From Acidobacteriota bacterium (lineage in GTDB: Bacteria > Acidobacteriota > UBA6911), in the NCBI GenBank assembly GCA_963664705.1, contig OY761556.1, forward strand, positions 4,384,001 to 4,448,000: 64,000 bases of DNA. Direction: 5' to 3'. Position 1 is the first letter of the stretch, and each line of letters opens with the position of its first letter. Below the pieces are notes generated by a model. It saw only the letters and a program-made list of their open reading frames with translations. It had not been told where the DNA came from and made no database searches. The position numbers and the translations under genes were made by a program. This document shows positions 61,866-64,000 of the stretch, in pieces.

Positions 61866-63035
61866 CTAAAACAAAAAGACAAGCTGCAGAAGAAGTGCGG
61901 AGCGCGGGACCCCTTCATTGGAAAGGGCTTCGTCGCCAGCCCATGGAAATCGCTGGTATTCCGACTTCAGAATTACAAGGTCCGAGAAGGTGAGGTGAAC
62001 ACCGGCACCGAGCCGCGTCAGAGACTCCGAAGGGCATATTGGGTCAGATCCATCGGCCGTCCCAATCGATGCCTCGGCGATCCTGGTGAACCGCTCATAC
62101 CGCCCGTGTACCTTTAGCGGGAACTTGCCAATTCTCATCAGATCCTCAGCTACGGATAGACTAAATCCGCCTCTCTGTATCCTGGATCTGTCCACATCTG
62201 AAAAACTATCCCGAGCAACATACTCCATCTGAACATTGAATCGGCCAAGGCCCGCGCCAAGGTCCAAGGCTGCAATCCGGTTCTCCGGGAGCCCGAGACG
62301 GTCCGTATCGTATAAAAAGGAAAAACCTATCTCGAGTAGAGGGTCCCTGGAGCCTCCCATGGCATAGGGCGTGCTGAACGGCGTCAGACCAATCCTTCCC
62401 CCAACAGCCTTCCCGCCGCCAAACCCGCGCAATACATATCCGGTGTAATTGAACGAAGCGTGCGTAGCGACAACGCGCAGTCCATAATCGTTATAGCCAC
62501 CATCCATCACCAGTTCGGTGGTTAAGGGAGGCGCGACTGTGACACGGTCCTTCGATGCAAAATATTTCCAGTCCCCACCCAACGGGATATCAAATCTGCC
62601 CGCCTGTATGTGGAATCCCTTTTCCGCAAATATCCTGCCTCGCGATGAGATCATCCCACCGAAGAAGTGGTAATCCAAAAACCCAACGCTCAAGCGCGTT
62701 CCGGATTCCCGGTTGTATACCACCGCCCCTGCAGCTTCGACGTTTTTACCGATGGACTTGGCAAAATCGAATTCCAGATCGCCTATTTGGGATGCGGCCG
62801 ATCCACCCGAAGGAATACTGGCGCCTACATCCCAAAAGCCCAACATACTGCCGCCTCGACTGGCTCGATCAAATCCGGCCTTGGTCCACGACACCGCTCG
62901 GCCAACCCAACCGCCGCCTGGGTCCGGCTCGGAAATCCCCAGGATCTGATCCGGAGTTGTTTGTGCACAGGCAGCCGCCGGAAAAGCCCAGCCTGCAATA
63001 ATGCCTGCAACAATAAATGTTACTCTCACCAACAT
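61866..63035 (-). CDS. Outer-membrane beta-barrel porin-like protein
   Basis: Signal peptide, QAGRFDIP.G, alternating beta strands, LKSEYQ and C-terminal Phe. Confidence 0.72.
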   Translation of the reverse strand: MLVRVTFIVAGIIAGWAFPAAACAQTTPDQILGISEPDPGGGWVGRAVSWTKAGFDRASRGGSMLGFWDVGASIPSGGSAASQIGDLEFDFAKSIGKNVEAAGAVVYNRESGTRLSVGFLDYHFFGGMISSRGRIFAEKGFHIQAGRFDIPLGGDWKYFASKDRVTVAPPLTTELVMDGGYNDYGLRVVATHASFNYTGYVLRGFGGGKAVGGRIGLTPFSTPYAMGGSRDPLLEIGFSFLYDTDRLGLPENRIAALDLGAGLGRFNVQMEYVARDSFSDVDRSRIQRGGFSLSVAEDLMRIGKFPLKVHGRYERFTRIAEASIGTADGSDPICPSESLTRLGAGVHLTFSDLVILKSEYQRFPWAGDEALSNEGVPRSALLLQLVFLF

Positions 63036-63236
63036 ATAACTATCCCCGAAGCAGTCCCCTCGACCGCCCGGATACACTAAGAACCTTCTCACCGGTTCAT
63101 TTATTATCGGCTTAGTAAATTCCCGACTTTAGGATCACTGCGGCCGGACAAATGGAGAGCCCGCATGAACTGGGTGCGTCGCCGTCCCGACGGCATCAGC
63201 ATCGTGGCTGTAGATACGCCCTTGCCGACGGGCCCC

Positions 63237-63546
63237 GGCTTCATTCCAGCCAAGCCGACGCATGTTGTAGACGATTGGAACGCTTATTGTTCCCAAATGT
63301 TCCCAAATTTGAGGATAGCGCAATTAGTGGAGGGTTCGTAAATTGGGGATGATTAGTGGAATGATTAGTGGACACCCATGCATTGGGGACAAAAATCATG
63401 GGTGTCCTGAATTGTTCGGCGAAACGCCGGCGCTCGGGCTTCATTGCAGGCCAATCCGACGCATGTTGTAGACGATGGGAATGCTTATTGTTCCCAAATG
63501 GTCCCAAATTTGAGGGTAGCGCAATTAGTGGAGGGTTCGTAAATTG
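63237..63546 (+). repeat. ~110-bp imperfect direct repeat (63237-63345, 63437-63546); probable integrase 3'-end/arm-site remnants next to tRNA-Cys
   Basis: Both copies contain CCGACGCATGTTGTAGACGAT...TTGTTCCCAAATG(T/G)TCCCAAATTTGAGG...GCAATTAGTGGAGGGTTCGTAAATTG. Confidence 0.85.
63370..63407. repeat. Stand-alone REP-like inverted repeat GGACACCCATG-N16-CATGGGTGTCC
   Basis: Same GGACACCCA core as the RAYT flanks at 11.8 and 13.2 kb. Confidence 0.75.
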
Positions 63547-63566
63547 AAGGTGCTAAAGGAGTTTTC

Positions 63567-63642
63567 TGGAGGCGCCGAACGGACTCGAACCGTTGCATAA
63601 AGGTTTTGCAGACCTCCCCCTTAGCCACTTGGGTACGGCGCC
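63567..63642 (-). tRNA. tRNA-Cys (GCA)
   Basis: GGCGCCG-TA-CCCAAGTGGCTAAGGG-G-GAGGT CTGCAAA ACCTT-TATG-CAACGGTTCGAGTCCGTT-CGGCGCC-TCCA; CCA is encoded. Confidence 0.96.
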
Positions 63643-63773
63643 ATTACAGAATCGTCTATTGTATTCCATACATCGTATGCACGCAAGCATCTGCTTCGGA
63701 AATTCGCGAAACCAGGCAGCGGGCTAACAAATTCGCGGATTTCTACAGGAATCCTATTTCTTTCTGGGCCTGC

Positions 63774-64000
63774 CTAATAGCTATGCTCAGAGATTTTTAC
63801 TTTTCCTCGAAAAGCCCAGTAAATCGCGGCCGTATACGCCAATACGAACGGCATCCCGATCAAAGCAATAATTGCCATGATGCCCAAAGTTTTGCGAGAA
63901 GACGCCGCATTGAAAACAGTAATGTCATATTGCGGGGAAATGCTCGAAACCACCAGGTTTGGATACAACGTAAAGCTGAACAGGAACACCAGCGCGACGA
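63774..64000 (-). CDS. cydB: Cytochrome bd oxidase subunit II, C-terminal part (5' partial)
   Basis: LYPNLVVSS...ITVFNAASS.KTL..M......P.VLAYT..IYW.FRGKV motif. Confidence 0.9.
   Translation of the reverse strand, partial: VALVFLFSFTLYPNLVVSSISPQYDITVFNAASSRKTLGIMAIIALIGMPFVLAYTAAIYWAFRGKVKISEHSY

Noticed and set aside
63135-63323. Minus-strand ORF containing VYNMRRL, reminiscent of an IS5-family transposase C-terminus
   Set aside because: Too short, with no DDE core or terminal repeats; the + strand integrase-remnant reading fits the tRNA context better.

Overview
A 64-kb bacterial chromosomal window, probably from an anaerobe or facultative anaerobe. The Acidobacteriota/Desulfobacterota-like assignment is inferred from gene content only. 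Left part: dnaB 3' end, xth, hydrolases, an ECF Ni/Co transporter, an MgtE-cytosolic-domain/NRAMP pair, an aminotransferase, a cytochrome c, moeB, a ferritin-like gene, a RAYT transposase with its own flanking repeats, and glgB. The centrepiece is a ~17-kb minus-strand cluster (32430->15494). It combines a Hyf-type group-4 [NiFe] formate hydrogenlyase with a selenocysteine FdhF, a hidden Sec-rhodanese and three 4Fe-4S ferredoxin-like subunits. It also holds two intact but catalytically degenerate enzymes: an HDCR-type [FeFe]-hydrogenase homolog and a shortened aldehyde:ferredoxin oxidoreductase homolog. Right part: ligD, a T2SS/MSHA-like pilus cluster, corA, a chemosensory operon with a heme-c/hemerythrin MCP, a porin-tetraheme cytochrome cluster, duplicated integrase-like remnants beside tRNA-Cys, and the cydB 3' end. 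All family assignments come from motif recognition by eye; no searches were run.
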